From Octopus vulgaris (taxonomy: Eukaryota): a stretch of 64,000 bases of DNA. The stretch is from assembly GCA_951406725.2 (NCBI GenBank), contig OX597816.1:152954001-153018000 (forward strand), given 5' to 3'. Position numbers and translations under genes: made by a program. Positions 14,266 to 29,215 of this stretch are shown here, in pieces (position 1 is the first letter of the stretch; each line of letters starts with the position of its first letter). The notes under the pieces are model-generated. The model was given only the letters and a program-made list of their open reading frames with translations. It did no database searches and was not told the DNA's origin.

Positions 14266-14899
14266 CAAATAGATAATATTGATGTGGCAGTAGTGCACTC
14301 CACCAGTGTGTCATTCATCGGTCATCAGATCCCCACAGTTGGGCGGGGGTTTGGACTCTCATGTACCAAGCCAGTTCACTGCATGTTGTCCCAAATCGGC
14401 ACTTAAATTGCTCCAAGCGCTTGTCTAGGTCATTGTTTCATCGACTCCGGAAGAATGAAAGGCAATCTTGATGTCGACAGGAAATGAACTAAGTATGCAA
14501 AAACTGGATCAAATATGGAAAGACATTTTGTTTGACGCTCTAATGACTCTGCTTATCCTCCATCTTTACATAAAGTAAAACAGTTAACTAGTCTAGCGAA
14601 CATTACAGCAAGTATTACAGTAAGTATTAAGAGTTTCTTGGTTTGCTAATGAGTCCACTAAGCAAAAAGAAAACAATTCAATTACATAATAATATAAAAT
14701 GTGAACTAACAATCCAGTAATAAATAACAGCCAAAAATTATGAATAAAACAAATATAAAATTCTTTGGATTAGGTTGAAGGCTATTTTTGTCGACAATGA
14801 GTATAAAGTCAATCAAATTAAATTATAGTAAATGATAAATAATTAACTTGCGGCAAGTCTTAAAGTAATTTCAGTTTAGAATTTTACAACTTGAGCACC

Positions 14900-15120
14900 G
14901 GCCAACGAAGGAGACTCACAACGGACGCTAGACCCGCTAGAAACATACCAAATCTCCTTCAAATCATATTCTACCATCGTAAAAGTGAAGAGACATATTG
15001 GGTAATTTTATTGTAGATGCACTCTGGCCGAATAAAATATTGAATGTGATCAGCTCGAATGTCTATTGATCATAATTCTGTCCAATCAGGGATGACATTA
15101 GACTAAAGTACGACAACAGT
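14900..15120 (+). repeat. Old dispersed repeat with CAA-type tail (similar copies ~46230-46440, 51380-51560, 63550-63770; minus copies ~13250-13380, 15250-15450, 46990-47280)
   Basis: Shared colinear motifs (tagaa...caaat.tc..tcaaatca; gtcatggctggaa..cct; ..aaacaacaac) among copies, aligned by eye. Confidence 0.5.
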
Positions 15121-16539
15121 AATCTGTTTAGTAATTTCCTTATCCTAAATGTGTTTGATATTTAGAATAAACGTTATTGTTGCTGCTTCTGGCCAACAAA
15201 CGCTATGTGAGTGAATTTGATAAGCAGAAAAATAGAGAAGCCCATTGTGATTTTAATTTCAGTCAACCCTGATCGCACAAACATATATTCAAAAGCACCC
15301 CGTACAGTCGTTTTGGTGGGTGGCTATCTAGCACTACATTATCTTTTCTGTTCCGTCTCTTTTTTAAGAAGTGAGGTAGGATTGAAGGAGAAATAGGTGC
15401 TATTTCTGGAAGATCAGATGACCACGTAGAGGTTCCCTTGTTGGTTCGAGGCAGTCATTTTATTGATTCCGATGGAATGATAACAAAATCGATGTGACCG
15501 GACTTTAAATATGAGGAATGAAACCAAACGGCGCATTCTGCTATTTCTGAAAAGCTTGCAGTTCTCAATAAACCATCTTTTTGTTCGTTTATCTTTTACA
15601 CTAACTTATTAATGTACCTCGCTTATAAAACAAGAAATAAAAAAAAGCATTTCAGCAATCAATGATTTAAGCTTATAATAGATCTACCTTAACATACAAC
15701 AGATCTACGATTTGCTCAGTCGAGGGTAACTCCCAAGTACCACAACTATCCCTAACACTATTAGATCTAAAATGTAATATATAATATAAATAGACGAGTA
15801 TACATAATTCTAGACAGTTCTCCATGCACACCACTAACGGCTTCTTTAACAAATGTAGACTCCGCCCTTTTTCAATATAATGTACGTCATAGAGGAACAG
15901 AGAATCGACTTAAATGTCATAGCTGTTAAGGTGTTTTATTGATGTTAAGTGGACGTTGTTTGGAGAATTTGACATCCTTCACGATTTAAAGTTTATTTCC
16001 TGCTCATGGTCCGCTTTGTTGTTTGTTTCTTAGATTGCTTAGATCACTAGAATAGTTACAGTGTCAGGTAAAATATCTTGTGCGCAGAAAGAAGTTGGCT
16101 TCAGCTCTATTTCTGTGCTGATGATTTAATATTCAACCCCACCTTATATTTCCGAATTAGCTTTCTGTTTATTTAGAATATTCGCTATGATACCGGACAT
16201 GTCTTCCCCATAAGGATTTCTATATGTTCTAGCGGAGGCGAGAAAAAGCATCTCCGACAATTGCTCTAAGCAGTTAAAATTCTGTAATTCATTTGTCGAA
16301 ATTTTTCCAAAGCTAGTTTAAGATCTAGATGTCATGTAACTTTCTTAACCATTCGGCTGATTTTCACCATCTAAGACATTAAGATAAATCGGAAATTCAA
16401 AGGAAACGCTATGTTCGGCTTCTGTTGTGACTGATTGAAATACATGCACACTTTTCAAATCTGCGTTTCAAATCTGGCAACAGTTTGAGAGGCAGTGATG
16501 AAATGAAGACACAAGGTTGGAATACGGTGAGCTCCTTAC

Positions 16540-16900
16540 AAGTTAGGATATAAAACAAATTGATAAAGAAAATAGCTGCAAATAGTTAGTGGTTTTGGAA
16601 ATTGACAGTATAAAAACACAAAAAATTTAAAAGCTAAAAAAACAACATTAAAATCCCACTTGAACAGTAAAAAGATTATCACCGTTTAACTCACGTACTC
16701 TCTCATTCATCCCTCAGGGCTTAACAGTTTTACAATCCCTATCTTACATTATAATTTGGAGTAATTCAGTGATACCAATAGAACGGGTTGTAAAACAAGA
16801 AAACCACTCTTGAAATTGACCGTACAAAAGTAGATGTCAACTGGTTTTATTTCTCCCAGTTATGAAGGAATGAAAGAATGTATTCAAATATAAAACGATT
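16540..16900 (+). pseudogene. Highly degenerate post-RT region of a Dong/R4-type element
   Basis: NSFTIPILHYN...VDVNWFY...EG resembles INT.A.P.L.Y.FG...DVDRLY...EGGRGL. Confidence 0.45.
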
Positions 16901-18186
16901 TAACACTTCACTAAATTGAGCTAGATTATATTTACAGGCTTATAGAGAAGAACTGATCAAAGATTACCAGAAACAGAAGCACACTACAAGCAGTTTCTCT
17001 TCTAGTTAAGCTAGGACATTGCAAATGGGGAAGAAAACACTTATGGGGTTAGTATCTCATCCGTCATTCCAATACTAGTGACTACCAAGCCTATTGTCTA
17101 TAAAAAGAATTTTGCTTTAAAGAACCAATAAACAACATACACAAAACTCCAGGACTTACAAATATGCAAAAAAAAAATAGACCACGGCTAATCACTGCCC
17201 ACATATTACACAGGGAACTTTCTATATAGTATAAAATACAATACTGAAATATAATATTACACATACTGAATACCCACAGAACTCACCTCTGTAGTATAGT
17301 CAAATTGAGCAATAAACATATGACCACTGAAAAAAAAAAACAAGTTAATGATTTTTTTTATTGTCCACAATGGTTTCACCCATAACTAGAAAATGATAAT
17401 GAACGTAACGGACTGTATGTATTAAGACTGAAGAGTTGCAAAAATGTAACAGTATCAAAGGCAGAGTAAACTATTATAAAAGAAAAAAAATAAACGCATT
17501 TTTGAAGTGTTCTGAACCTCCATCAATGGAATACCAAGAGACTACAAGACCCTAAACACAGTGGTTTCTGGACACTTAGTCACCCCAGCTACAACTTCTA
17601 GGCAAATTTAAATGAAAGTTCCTCTCACAAGTCATATTTATTTTATTTTACCTAAACTGGATTTTCATCAAATTTACTTGAGCGCAGAACCTTCTTCTTC
17701 GCCCTAACTTTCCACTTTAAGTAAAAATTCTTGATGATGAGACTGGTAAGCTAGAGCCGTACCCTCAACATTTCAAGCACATCTACCATAAACCTCTTTT
17801 GCTTAAGCAATCAGCCTGCGTAAATTGGAAGAAAACTACCTGCCTCAATTTGCCAGCAGAGAGAGATGGTGCAATATCTACATCGACCTGAGCTGACGGC
17901 GTGTTCAGTTCTACCTGCGCTAATAGTTTTTAATACAGCTCCACAGATCAACCATGGAATTTCGGCTTCATAGTTCTCCGCACGTCTCGAACAGACCCAA
18001 CTGATGATACTTCTCTGACTGAAGAGCTTACCCCAAACCGGTAGCATTCCGTAGTAGTAATTTGAAAAGCCTCCAGAAATCCTTGATAGACAATTCATTT
18101 CTAGAAGATTTTCAAAGTACTTGAGCTAATAGTTTTAGCCGACGTCTACTGACGGATTTCCTGATTGGTGGTAATGATGATGATGG

Positions 18187-18382
18187 TTTCAAATTTTGGC
18201 ACAAGGCTCGCAATTTCGGAGTAGGGGAAAAGTCGATTAAATTCACCCCAGGACTCAACTGGTACTTATTTTATAGACTCTAAAAGGAGGAAAGGTAAAG
18301 TCAACCTCGGCGGAATTTGAACTCAGAACGTAAAGACGGATGAAATGCCGCTAAACATTTTGACCGATGTGCTAACGATTCT
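18187..18382 (-). mobile_element. SINE family A copy
   Basis: aaggtaaagtcaacctcggcggaatttgaactcagaacg (B-box GTTCAAATTCC on the minus strand). Confidence 0.8.
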
Positions 18383-18491
18383 CCGTTCAGCCGTTTTCCA
18401 GTAATTTGGCAAACACACAGACAAACAGACTAAGACGAGTGATTACTATACCCTGCTTTCGCTTACGCGCGTGCGGGGAAATGATAATAAT

Positions 18492-19230
18492 AATGGAATG
18501 CAATGATTCAGTGCGATCACCTGACCAGACATCGGAAACCGGACATTGTTGTAGTGAATAAAAAAAGAAAGAACATATAAGATAATCGACAAAGCATGTT
18601 CCGGTGGGAACAGGATCAAAGAGAAAGAAGAAAAAATAAATAACTATGACGATTTGAAGTGAGAAATACGTAGGTTGTGGTCAATGAGGAGAATAGACAT
18701 GATACCAATAGTATTTGGCGCACTTGGAAGTATCAGCACTCAGCTACCAATATGCTTTAAAAGATTGGTGCAAATGTAGAGGGAAGAGGTAAAAGAAAAC
18801 TAAACAACTTGCTATTTATGGACGACCTGAAGTGATTCACAAAAACTAATGCAGAAATTGGACAGACTAGTCCAGTCTGTTCGGATTTTCTCCAATGATA
18901 TTAAGATGGAGTTTGGACTCTCAAAATGTGCTACGATCGTAACGAGGCGAGGAAAGCTTGCCAGGACAGAAGGCATACGGTTGCCAAGTGGAGAAATGAT
19001 GAAGGCAATTCAACCTCAATCCAGCTATAAATTTTACCTTGGAATACTTTTACCTTGGAATACTTGAGGCAGATGGAATCAAACACCACAGCATAAAGAA
19101 AAAGACAAAAAGAGAGCGCCTGCAGCGAGTGAGAAAAATACCGGCTTCAAAGCTGAATGTCAGAAACATAATTTCGGCAATAAACTCGTGCGACGCTGGA
19201 ATCTTGAAGTGGACGGAGAAGCTAAAGGAG
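18492..19230 (+). pseudogene. Dong/R4-type fragments: REL endonuclease (18492-18780) fused upstream of RT (18780-19230)
   Basis: WNAMIQCDHLTRHRKPDIVVV...IPIVFGALGS then LNNLLFMDDLK...FSNDIKMEFGLSKCA...YLGILEAD; stops and frameshifts, including a 16-bp tandem duplication near 19032. Confidence 0.8.
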
Positions 19231-20342
19231 ATGCCGGTGATGAAAGTGTATATCTTTGGGCTTTTCTATCTTGTTCACCGTAGAACCTCTTTTTGCCATG
19301 GCCACTAAACGGAGGAAAATTGCCTACCTTTTCCTACCCCATGAAGGAGACAAAGCGATCTTAGCGATGGACTCACAAACGTATTTAACAATCAACGGCT
19401 TCGCTTATCACCGTCCAGGTGTGTCTACAGATGTCGCAGTCTCGGCTCCTGCTTGTGCGTCATCAGCCACGGCATGCCGAACACTCTGCACAGTAGGTGT
19501 TAGCAGCAGATAGACTTTCTGTCTAGTTGGACGCGTCCTTTTCACATGAAGCACAAAAGAAGATTAAAACTAGGGTAAGGCACAACGGCAGGCGGTAATG
19601 AATAACAAAATAACAAAAACGATGGATTGATGTTAAATTAAGGGCCCAGGATGGAATAACTAGATAACGAGATAAGATGGTATAACGAGATAAGGAAAAT
19701 AATAAAATTAAGTAAAATTACGAATCATTTAGAAAGTGGTGCATTTAAGACACCCAAACAAACATTTATTTTGTGCCTTCTTTGTGTTGGATATGGACAA
19801 TATTTACTGGTTATAATAACAACTAGCAAAATGTGACTGCGACAAGCAAAAGGTTTTTATGCAACAAAAGAAAAACTGTTTTCTACTGCTAGCGTAAATC
19901 GAAATAAAATAAAACAACAGAAGAACGGTGAGCCAAAAGGACAGTGGTCTAGAAATATTACATACATCATATTACTCATACTATACTTAAACATGCTAGC
20001 GCGGTATATGAGACGCGTGAGATCTGGAGAAGAAAAGACGATGAAGGATAACGTCAAAACTATCATAACGAATGTTTGTGAGTTTATAATAAACAATGAA
20101 AATATATCAGAAATAGTGTCAAAGAATAGAATTGATAATAACGAAATGAAATTAACGTGGTCAAATAATTAAAGTATTTAGCGAGTATACATAAAATTAT
20201 AGCAACAATCAATGAATTACTAGAATTAATATTTTACTTGTGTACTGTAAACCAGCGAGAAACAATATTAACTCCGAAAAGCCAACAAGAGAAAACAAAG
20301 AAACCCTCAAAATACTACAAACCAATAACCTGTTTACTGACA

Positions 20343-20394
<52 letters not shown>

Positions 20395-20759
20395 CCTTGT
20401 CATCTCTTCTCCCTTACAAGCTGGTTATTTAACTGCAAGTCATATCTTATCAGAAGAGCAAAAAAAGTATTGGAAGCGTGTGTATGGATATAAATCGCTG
20501 ATATTGGTAAACTGAGCAGTAAACTGAAAAGAGCAGAAATGGAAACAAAAATGAAATAAAAATCTAAGCCGACCATAGATTGATTACCGAAAAGGTTTCA
20601 ACATTCTCCTACCCTAGATATTGGAGACGGCACGTAAATAAATTAGCTCCAGTATTAGATAGTGTATCATGTCAAGATGGATAATATCATTAACACTAAA
20701 AGATAAAGAGACAATAATACAAAGCAGCTCTATTACCATACTCTGATTGTGCAGTGAAA

Positions 20760-21550
20760 TAGAACAATAGCACCAATGACAAGATGATGGAAAAAGAGTA
20801 AACAAATGGAAAATGAAATAACTGTATGGACAATACCTCAGAGAAATCGAAAGAAAAGACAAAATTAACACTTGGAAATAGCAAAGAAGTGATTTGAAAG
20901 GATGCACTGAGGCACTGATATGCAACATCCAGGAATAAGTTCTGAGAATTAATTATACCAAGTTCCAAATAGATAAGAGTAGCGAATCGCCCTTTTTTAG
21001 GATGTGTGGCAGCAGAAACGAAACAATCTCACATATTGTGAATGAGTATAGCAAGCTGGCTCAAAGCACTACAAAAGAAGGTGCGATAACGTAGCTAAGT
21101 TTGTTCCATGAGGCTATGTGAAAAGTACGGCCTGAACAGAACACGGAAATGGTACGACCATAACCCAGAAGGAGTCGCGAGGACAAGGAATATAATATAC
21201 TGTGGAATTTTACAATCCAATGTGACTCCCTTATCGATGCTCGGAGACCAGATATTGTAATAGTAAAGAAAAAAGAAAACCAAGATTATAGATATTGTAA
21301 TACCAGGGGATGCACGCATAAATGACAACGAACTTGAAAAGTACAGACTACTAAAAGACAAAATTGCAAGAATGTGGACAATGAGGATAGAGTCTGTCAT
21401 TCCAGTAGTTGTAGGGATATTCGGAGCACTAACAACCAAGTTCGAGAAATATGTCAGAGAAATCGTAATTGACATGAGAGCAGAGCAAGCCAACAAACTG
21501 CTCTGCTGGGGACAGCTTGGATTTTGAGATTGGCTCTTGGATGTTGAATG
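20760..21550 (+). pseudogene. 3' part of a Dong/R4-type non-LTR retrotransposon (zinc knuckle plus REL endonuclease)
   Basis: YGQYLRE...RMCGSRNETISHIVNE (degenerate CCHC)...WNFTIQCDSLIDARRPDIV...EKYRLLK...IPVVVGIFGA. Confidence 0.8.
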
Positions 21551-21589
21551 TCTCCTACGATAATCAACAACCATATATGAAAGCTTATA

Positions 21590-21960
21590 ATGCCCAGCCC
21601 TCCACTCAACGACTGTTAACTGCAGATGGGCCGTCTAACGAGCGGAACACGTCCCTTCCACTGGAAGAAGAACAAGCGCTCCAGTTTGATCAGCCACGAA
21701 GCAGGGCAAGGGACGACGGTTAGGCGATAGTAGATGATGGAAACGATGTGCACATTCGGCCCCTCCGCCTGACTTCTTCCGCTCTGCCCATTTCTAGGTG
21801 AGATTGGCTACCTTGCTCGTTACCTCTCCCGCCAGTTCTTGTCCACTTGGAGGTCCAGACCAAACCAAATCCCGATCAATTAAACCGGTCCTTTCGTCCG
21901 TTGCCCTGCAACGTTGTCGGTTGACATGGACCTGCCTCTCCAGGTGCCGAGTTTCGGGCC
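21590..21960 (-). pseudogene. L1/Tx1-clade ORF2 post-RT fragment
   Basis: GIWFGLDLQVDKNWREVTSKV...IIYYRL/VVPCPASWLIKLERLFFFQWKGRVPLVRRPIC...GGLG across frameshifts. Confidence 0.7.
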
Positions 21961-21961
21961 T

Positions 21962-22216
<255 letters not shown>

Positions 22217-22229
22217 AAGAAGATGATGA

Positions 22230-23200
22230 TGCAGCTTTGTTGATACCCGGGAATCTAAAACTTGGGCCAGATATAACTTCAAGGTCAACAATGGCCTGAC
22301 ATGGACCGAGTGCGTGCAAAACGGTTTCGTCGCTCTGTGCACGTCTCGGTCATTTCCTTCTGGCTGCATTTCCTATCGAGTTTAGCTCGAACCGATAATG
22401 TCCTTTGATAGCAATACCAAGCAAAAGATTTCTGGAAGCTAAGAATTTCCAGTTGCTCTTTCCCACCACTAGTCCTCTGTATATTACAAATTTAGAACTA
22501 AATCGACTACAATGTCCAACTGATTGAGGCAGTAAACGCCGAATGGCGTTTCAAATAAAATTGCCCTGTCTTGGTCTTTTTTGACCGAAGATTGCAGCTC
22601 GTTTGTGCAGGAAAAAGACAGCTTGTGGAAAGAGGTGCATTACAAAGGAAGGCAACACCGGCTGATTGTCCAAGAATCATGGTAGGTGGCGCAACCTGAG
22701 AAAGTGTCTGCGCATTAACAATCATTTCAAGGAATGTTGATAGCAGATAGACCGCTTAACCACTGTAACGTATGTCTTCCAATGCAAATAAAACGGATCC
22801 TCCAATCTTTCCAGGCGGGATCCGGGGAAAGGCCTGACATTTAGGCACTGTATTACGAAGGAGGCAGTATAGTCTTTCACCACCTCAGCCAAATTTGTCA
22901 GGGATAGTTCCCTTTCTGTCCGTTTTGGGTTAGGCTTGTCAGCCTTTTCGTAACCTCGCTCCAGTCCACACCCACTTGGTATTCCAGGCCAAACAAAACT
23001 CTGGGAAGTTTAATCAGTCTGTCTATCCAGCCCCCCATGTCGCTCTCTTATTAGGATTTGTCTCCTTGGGTGTGGATCTGAAAGCCGGACGACGTGCCGT
23101 GATTAAATTTTCTCTTGTTATCTCCTTGTATTTCTTTAGAATACTACCGACTAACTCCATGGTATCCAATATCATTACTGTGACGTCGTGGCATTCATCG
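22230..23200 (-). pseudogene. Possible degenerate L1/Tx1 endonuclease region, colinear with 21590-21960
   Basis: Minus strand MIVNAQTL...SAGVAFL...GVYC...GKSNWK resembles APE-type EN motifs; weak. Confidence 0.35.
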
Positions 23201-23388
23201 CCACAGCTCTCTCATGACTGAAAGAGATGTCCCTCGATTAAAGAGATACAGTACGTAAAGAAGAGTTAGTAAAAGGATACTCCTAGAAGATTAAGGATGC
23301 AATATGAAACGCCTCTGTGATGTGACAATTCACTCTGACAAACAAAGATTATTGCTGGTGTAAAGACGATGTCAGCTCCCAAGTCCAC

Positions 23389-23593
23389 TTCTATTATAGG
23401 CACAAGGTATGAATCGTTTTGGCGGGACTGAGGAGGATGCTAATCGATTACATTGATTCCAGTGCTCGACTGATACTTATTTTTTCGACCCCGAAAGGAT
23501 AAAAGACAAAGTTGACCTCGGCGGCACTTGAACTCAGAAGGTAAAGCTAGAAGAAATGCCAGTGCAGTTACAATTCTGAGAGCTCGTCGCCTT
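23389..23593 (-). mobile_element. SINE family A copy
   Basis: cgaccccgaaaggataaaagacaaagttgacctcggcggcacttgaactcagaa. Confidence 0.75.
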
Positions 23594-24275
23594 AACTGTT
23601 ACTATGATAATAGATGACTTTGTAATAAATAAACTACATGCAAACACGTACCTAAAACCACAGGATTTAGGTATACGCTCCATATACTGAAAATAATACA
23701 ACTAGTCACTGCATGTTTAATAACAGACTACTTTCAATACAATATTGCAAATACAGCATTTACGAAAGGCATACACAAGTGCACTCAATATTGTAGTGAA
23801 GGCACACAATAATATATTCAACATCAAGTTATATGTACAAAGCACACATTTCTTCTCGTAAATAAAGTGCCTTTATGGCACCTCCAATCTAGGTAGCTGA
23901 AAGCAATTACTCTCTTACCTTCTTTTCCCTCGGGCCACAAGTAAGTATTTGTATAAAACCCGCCAATAAAGGAATAATAACAACACCACCACTGCCAACA
24001 ACAACAAGAGGTGGGGTGGATTAGGCAGAGGAGGAGAAGAAGGGCGAGATAGAGAATAGATACCTTATTTAAATGAGGTTAAGATAGCACTATGCACATT
24101 TACAGTACTTTCTAAAATGCGTTCTCTCCCGACTTTACCTAGAATAAATTTTAAAAACATTTGTAAATGAAAGTTAGGCACCATTTCAGTTCTCTAAGTT
24201 TCTTACAAAAGTTTCTAGACGTAACATCAGTGTCTGAAAATATAAGTTTAGTGATTAGGATAAACGTCAAATATT

Positions 24276-24911
24276 CTTTTCTACTCTAGGCACAAGGCAC
24301 GAAATTTTTTTGTGGGGAGGGGCCAATCGATTAGATCGACCCCACTACACAACTGGCACTTAATTTAGAGATCCCCAAAAATTGAGAGGCAAAGTCGACC
24401 TCGACGGAATTTGAACACAGAACGTAAATACAGACGAAATACTTGTTTCTTTACTACCCACAAGGAGCTAAACACAGAGAGGACAAACAAGGACAGACAA
24501 ACGGATTAAGTCGATTATATCGACCCCAGTGCGTAACTGGTATTTAATTTATCGACCCCAAAAGGATGAAAGGCAAAGTCGACCTCGGCGGAATTTGAAC
24601 TCAGAACGTAGCGGCAGACGAAAGCATTTCGCCCGGCGTGCTAACGTTTCTTAATTTTTTATTATCCATAAGGGCATACATAAAACGAGCTGCACAATGA
24701 AATCGAATGATTTTACATGAAATGCGATTTGGGTCCTTTTAAAATTTCTAAATACATTATATATAATACGGATGATGATAGGACGCAATAAAACATAACA
24801 GATGGAGTGAAGGCGAGATTATAACGGACCCCACAAACCCCACCTTACCACTGACCTGGGTTTTTAAACCATATCGCCTGGCGTGCTAACGTTTTTGCCA
24901 GCTCGTCGCCT
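24276..24911 (-). mobile_element. Composite (1.5-mer) SINE family A copy carrying a nested insertion at 24650-24869
   Basis: Perfect 17-bp TSD gataaacgtcaaatatt at 24259-24275 and 24912-24928; internal duplication tcgcc(c/t)ggcgtgctaacgttt around the insert. Confidence 0.85.
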
Positions 24912-24928
24912 GATAAACGTCAAATATT

Positions 24929-25892
24929 GTAAGAATCTTTCAAAGAGTGATACAAACATGCAATTTGGCACAATTCTGATTAAAAATATGCTCTTTATGA
25001 GAGGCATGATTACCAATGGCAGCCAAAATCCACTATGGCGTTCAACATTAAAAATTAATAGTTACGATGAACAAGAAATAAGTTTTATTATAATAAACGT
25101 TATTTATTATGCAATATTTTACACAAATAGCCTTATATTTACTGTTTGAAGGATTTTTCTATCTTCTTCACTAATTCAGGTTATACGTATCAGGCGGAGC
25201 TACATATCAGGTGGGGCATATATGGAGCCAAGCTCTCCAGATCTGCCATCACCTATCACCTGGGGATGGAAAAATAATAACGATGGCACATCCACTATTC
25301 ACTGGAATGAACTAAGAGCCATAGCAGAACAATTCTAAGCACTTAAAAAGTACTCATGCGAAACTGAGGTTGCAAAACGTTGCACATGCAAGAAGTCAAC
25401 CCTTCTTTGTATTTCCTTTTATGCGTGTCCATGCATTTGTTTGATGATGAAACCTGCATAATCTGAATTAGTGAAGAAGACAGTAGGAAAATCTTTCAAA
25501 AGATAAATATAAGGCAGTTTGTGCAAAATATTGCATAATAAATAACGTATATTACAATAAAAATTATTTCCTGTTCACCGCAAATATTAATTTTTAATGT
25601 TGGACACCTTATTGGATTTTTGCCTGCATTTTCAATTTTCACATTGATGATCATACCTATCTTAAAGAGCATGTTTTAAACTATGTGTGTCAGACTGCAT
25701 ATTTGTATCACATTTTGAAAGATTTTTCTATCTTTTTCACTATAATGTTGGAAGCCATCTTGAATTTTGGTCACCATTTTTGATTTGCATGTTGGCAATC
25801 ATACCTGTCTTAAAGAGCATGTTTTAACCTATAGGTGTACCGAATTGCATATTTGTATCACCTTTTGAAGGATTTTTCTATCTCCTTTACTA
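24929..25892 (+). mobile_element. Long-TIR DNA transposon remnant, probably Academ (AcademX-like), retaining the Cys-rich C-terminus
   Basis: Inverted arms ~24930-25190 / 25455-25735; ~148-bp tandem unit (25597-25742, 25745-25892); spacer encodes TYQVGHIWSQAL..LPSPITWGW...HW...YSCETEVAKRCTCKKSTLLC; right end ...ACTA. Confidence 0.55.
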
Positions 25893-26886
25893 GTATGTCT
25901 CTTCCACCTTTTAATTTTTTAGTGGCCTATTTTAATCCATCACCTGGTTTAACACTCCCATTTAGCACTTGAGAGCCTTTAGCATAATCCACTCTGTTTT
26001 ACATTTTTAGGTTACGTCCCCGATTTAGAAATAACTTTTTCTTTCCTTCTCACTAGTTTTGGAGGTCCTAAATAATTTCATTGCCACTACCCTTTCTTAT
26101 CTGATTAGCTATTAAATATAAATGCAAAACGTATTCAACGAAAGTGGAAAATGAATGAGTAAACTAAGAGATTCTAAGACAATCATGAAGAAATCTTACC
26201 AATGGCATTTTCGTTTCAAAAGACTCATGGGCTTCATTTTTTAATGTACATTGGATACCTATGTATGCGTGTGAGTAGCATGTATGTTTGTATTCGCTTG
26301 TAATCAACTCATGGTACTTACGTAACAAGTTATGTAACCACTTGAAACTTATGTAATAAATACATTCAAAATATCAGTAACTGAATTGGTGACAATTTTA
26401 ATAATAAATTACTCCTGTTAATAACAACCTAGCGTATCCCTGCTTGGATAATATGGTTATAACGTAGTACAGATATAGGAAGTATCAAGGCATACTGCCA
26501 AGTATATGTGTTTGTGTGAGAGAGAAAGAGAGGATGAGAAGTAGTATACGTGTAATGGGTGTGTGTAAAAAGTGTCCTAAGGATGTTCTCAGCAGGTTTA
26601 TCTAAGTCATATAAATAGGAAAAAAAGAAAAGTTTGTCTCCAAGAAATATAAAATAATAGACAGATGAGTTAGAGAGGGGAAAGAAAGGGAGAAAGGGAG
26701 AGAGAATCTTTTATGAAGAACTTCTGTCAGTGTATCTACAAACGCCATATGTATGTACAGTTTATAAGCAGAATAAATTGGTTTGTTAATTGCCGACACA
26801 GACCATAGCTAGTGTTCTCGGATCTGATTGTTTATTTTATCCAATGTAGAATACTTACTGACTATTTATGTATCGAGGTCGCCAAA

Positions 26887-26996
<110 letters not shown>

Positions 26997-27706
26997 TTCT
27001 GTCGTTCGTGCATGTTTACCTGTCTGTCATGATACTTGTATATCTGTGTCTGTGATAAATGTATTTATTTATCTATACGTATGTATTTGTGCATGTAAGT
27101 ATATATGTAATTATGTATGTATGTATATATGTATTTATGGAAAACTGTAAACTCTGAGAAATTAGTTACGTACGTATTTGCTTCTATCTCACTATCCAGC
27201 TTACCACTTATCTGCATGACTGTCAGTTAATTAAACTTTCAACTTTTCCATCCATCTCACCCATCCATCCAACTTTTGATCCAGACATTCGATCATGCCT
27301 TCTTTCCATTACACTTTATCCTCGTCTTCTCCTAACTTAATTTTGAACCTCAGCCAGGACATTTTTTTCAAAATGTTTCTATCCTCTTCAGATCATCTTC
27401 TCCATTTTAAGATGCCCCTACACACCTTTCCATTTTCCCCATTTCCCGACAGCTCTCTCACCTTCAAATCAAACAAGTCTGGCTGTTTGTTTACGTTAGA
27501 AAAATAAATGCCACCTACACCGTAAGAAGGTCGTCAGCCATTTGTTCAATTTAGGTCAAGATAGAGGGAAAACATCGTTTCGGGAAACATTAACCTCAGG
27601 CTGAATGGAAAACAGAATTGTTGCGTTGCTTGATTAGCTAGAGTAACTTCAAACAACTATAGCTGGCAGTAGTATGAGTAGGAGAAGTAATTAGCATGAG
27701 CATGAG

Positions 27707-28628
<922 letters not shown>

Positions 28629-28748
28629 CATAAATATGTGTGTGTGTATATATATATATATATGTAGATATATATACATACATATATACATACATATATA
28701 TATATGTGTGTGTGTATATATATATGCATATATATATGTATATATAAA

Positions 28749-28788
<40 letters not shown>

Positions 28789-29001
28789 TTATGAGATGTA
28801 ATGGTGTCAAGAAGACCCAAAGGTGTCAGGTAATGCTGAGTAAGTGCTATGGACAGACTATAGTTAAGCTCCAAGTTCGGTGATTATGTAAATGAGGAAT
28901 CCAGCATACGTCATATATCAGCATGTGTATATATATAAAAATTTTCAGAATGTGATAAAAATCCAAGGCTGTGAAAGATTTTAGAACATTTATAAATAGA
29001 A

Positions 29002-29050
29002 GGTCTTACAGCTGTTCTGGGATATTTCATATATCCCTTCATCGGAGGGC
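29002..29050 (-). ncRNA. Degenerate minimal hammerhead ribozyme (Penelope-type)
   Basis: Minus strand CCGATGA-A-GGGATAT..ATATCCC-A-GAA-CAGCTG-TA-AGACC; core and stem I mutated. Confidence 0.4.
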
Positions 29051-29079
29051 TATTTAGATCTTTATCTCATTCTGAAAAT

Positions 29080-29153
<74 letters not shown>

Positions 29154-29164
29154 TATATAGAAGG

Positions 29165-29215
29165 AGCTTCTACAGGACTAGAACTGTTTCATTCAAGAGA
29201 AATCTTCAGGAAGCT
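29165..29215 (-). ncRNA. Type I hammerhead ribozyme motif (left arm)
   Basis: AGCTTC-CTGAAGA-T TTC tctt GAA T-GAAA-CAG ttctagtc CTG-TA-GAAGCT. Confidence 0.7.

Noticed and set aside
17560-18170. Possible L1/Tx1 3' region (FSNYYYGMLPVWGKL)
   Set aside because: Similarity too weak to call without blastx
18385-18482. Helentron/HINE-like 3' hairpin
   Set aside because: No matching 5' subterminal repeat found
25597-25892. Spaced direct repeats that might suggest a CRISPR-like array
   Set aside because: Two diverged ~148-bp tandem units in a transposon terminus; no unique spacers or cas genes
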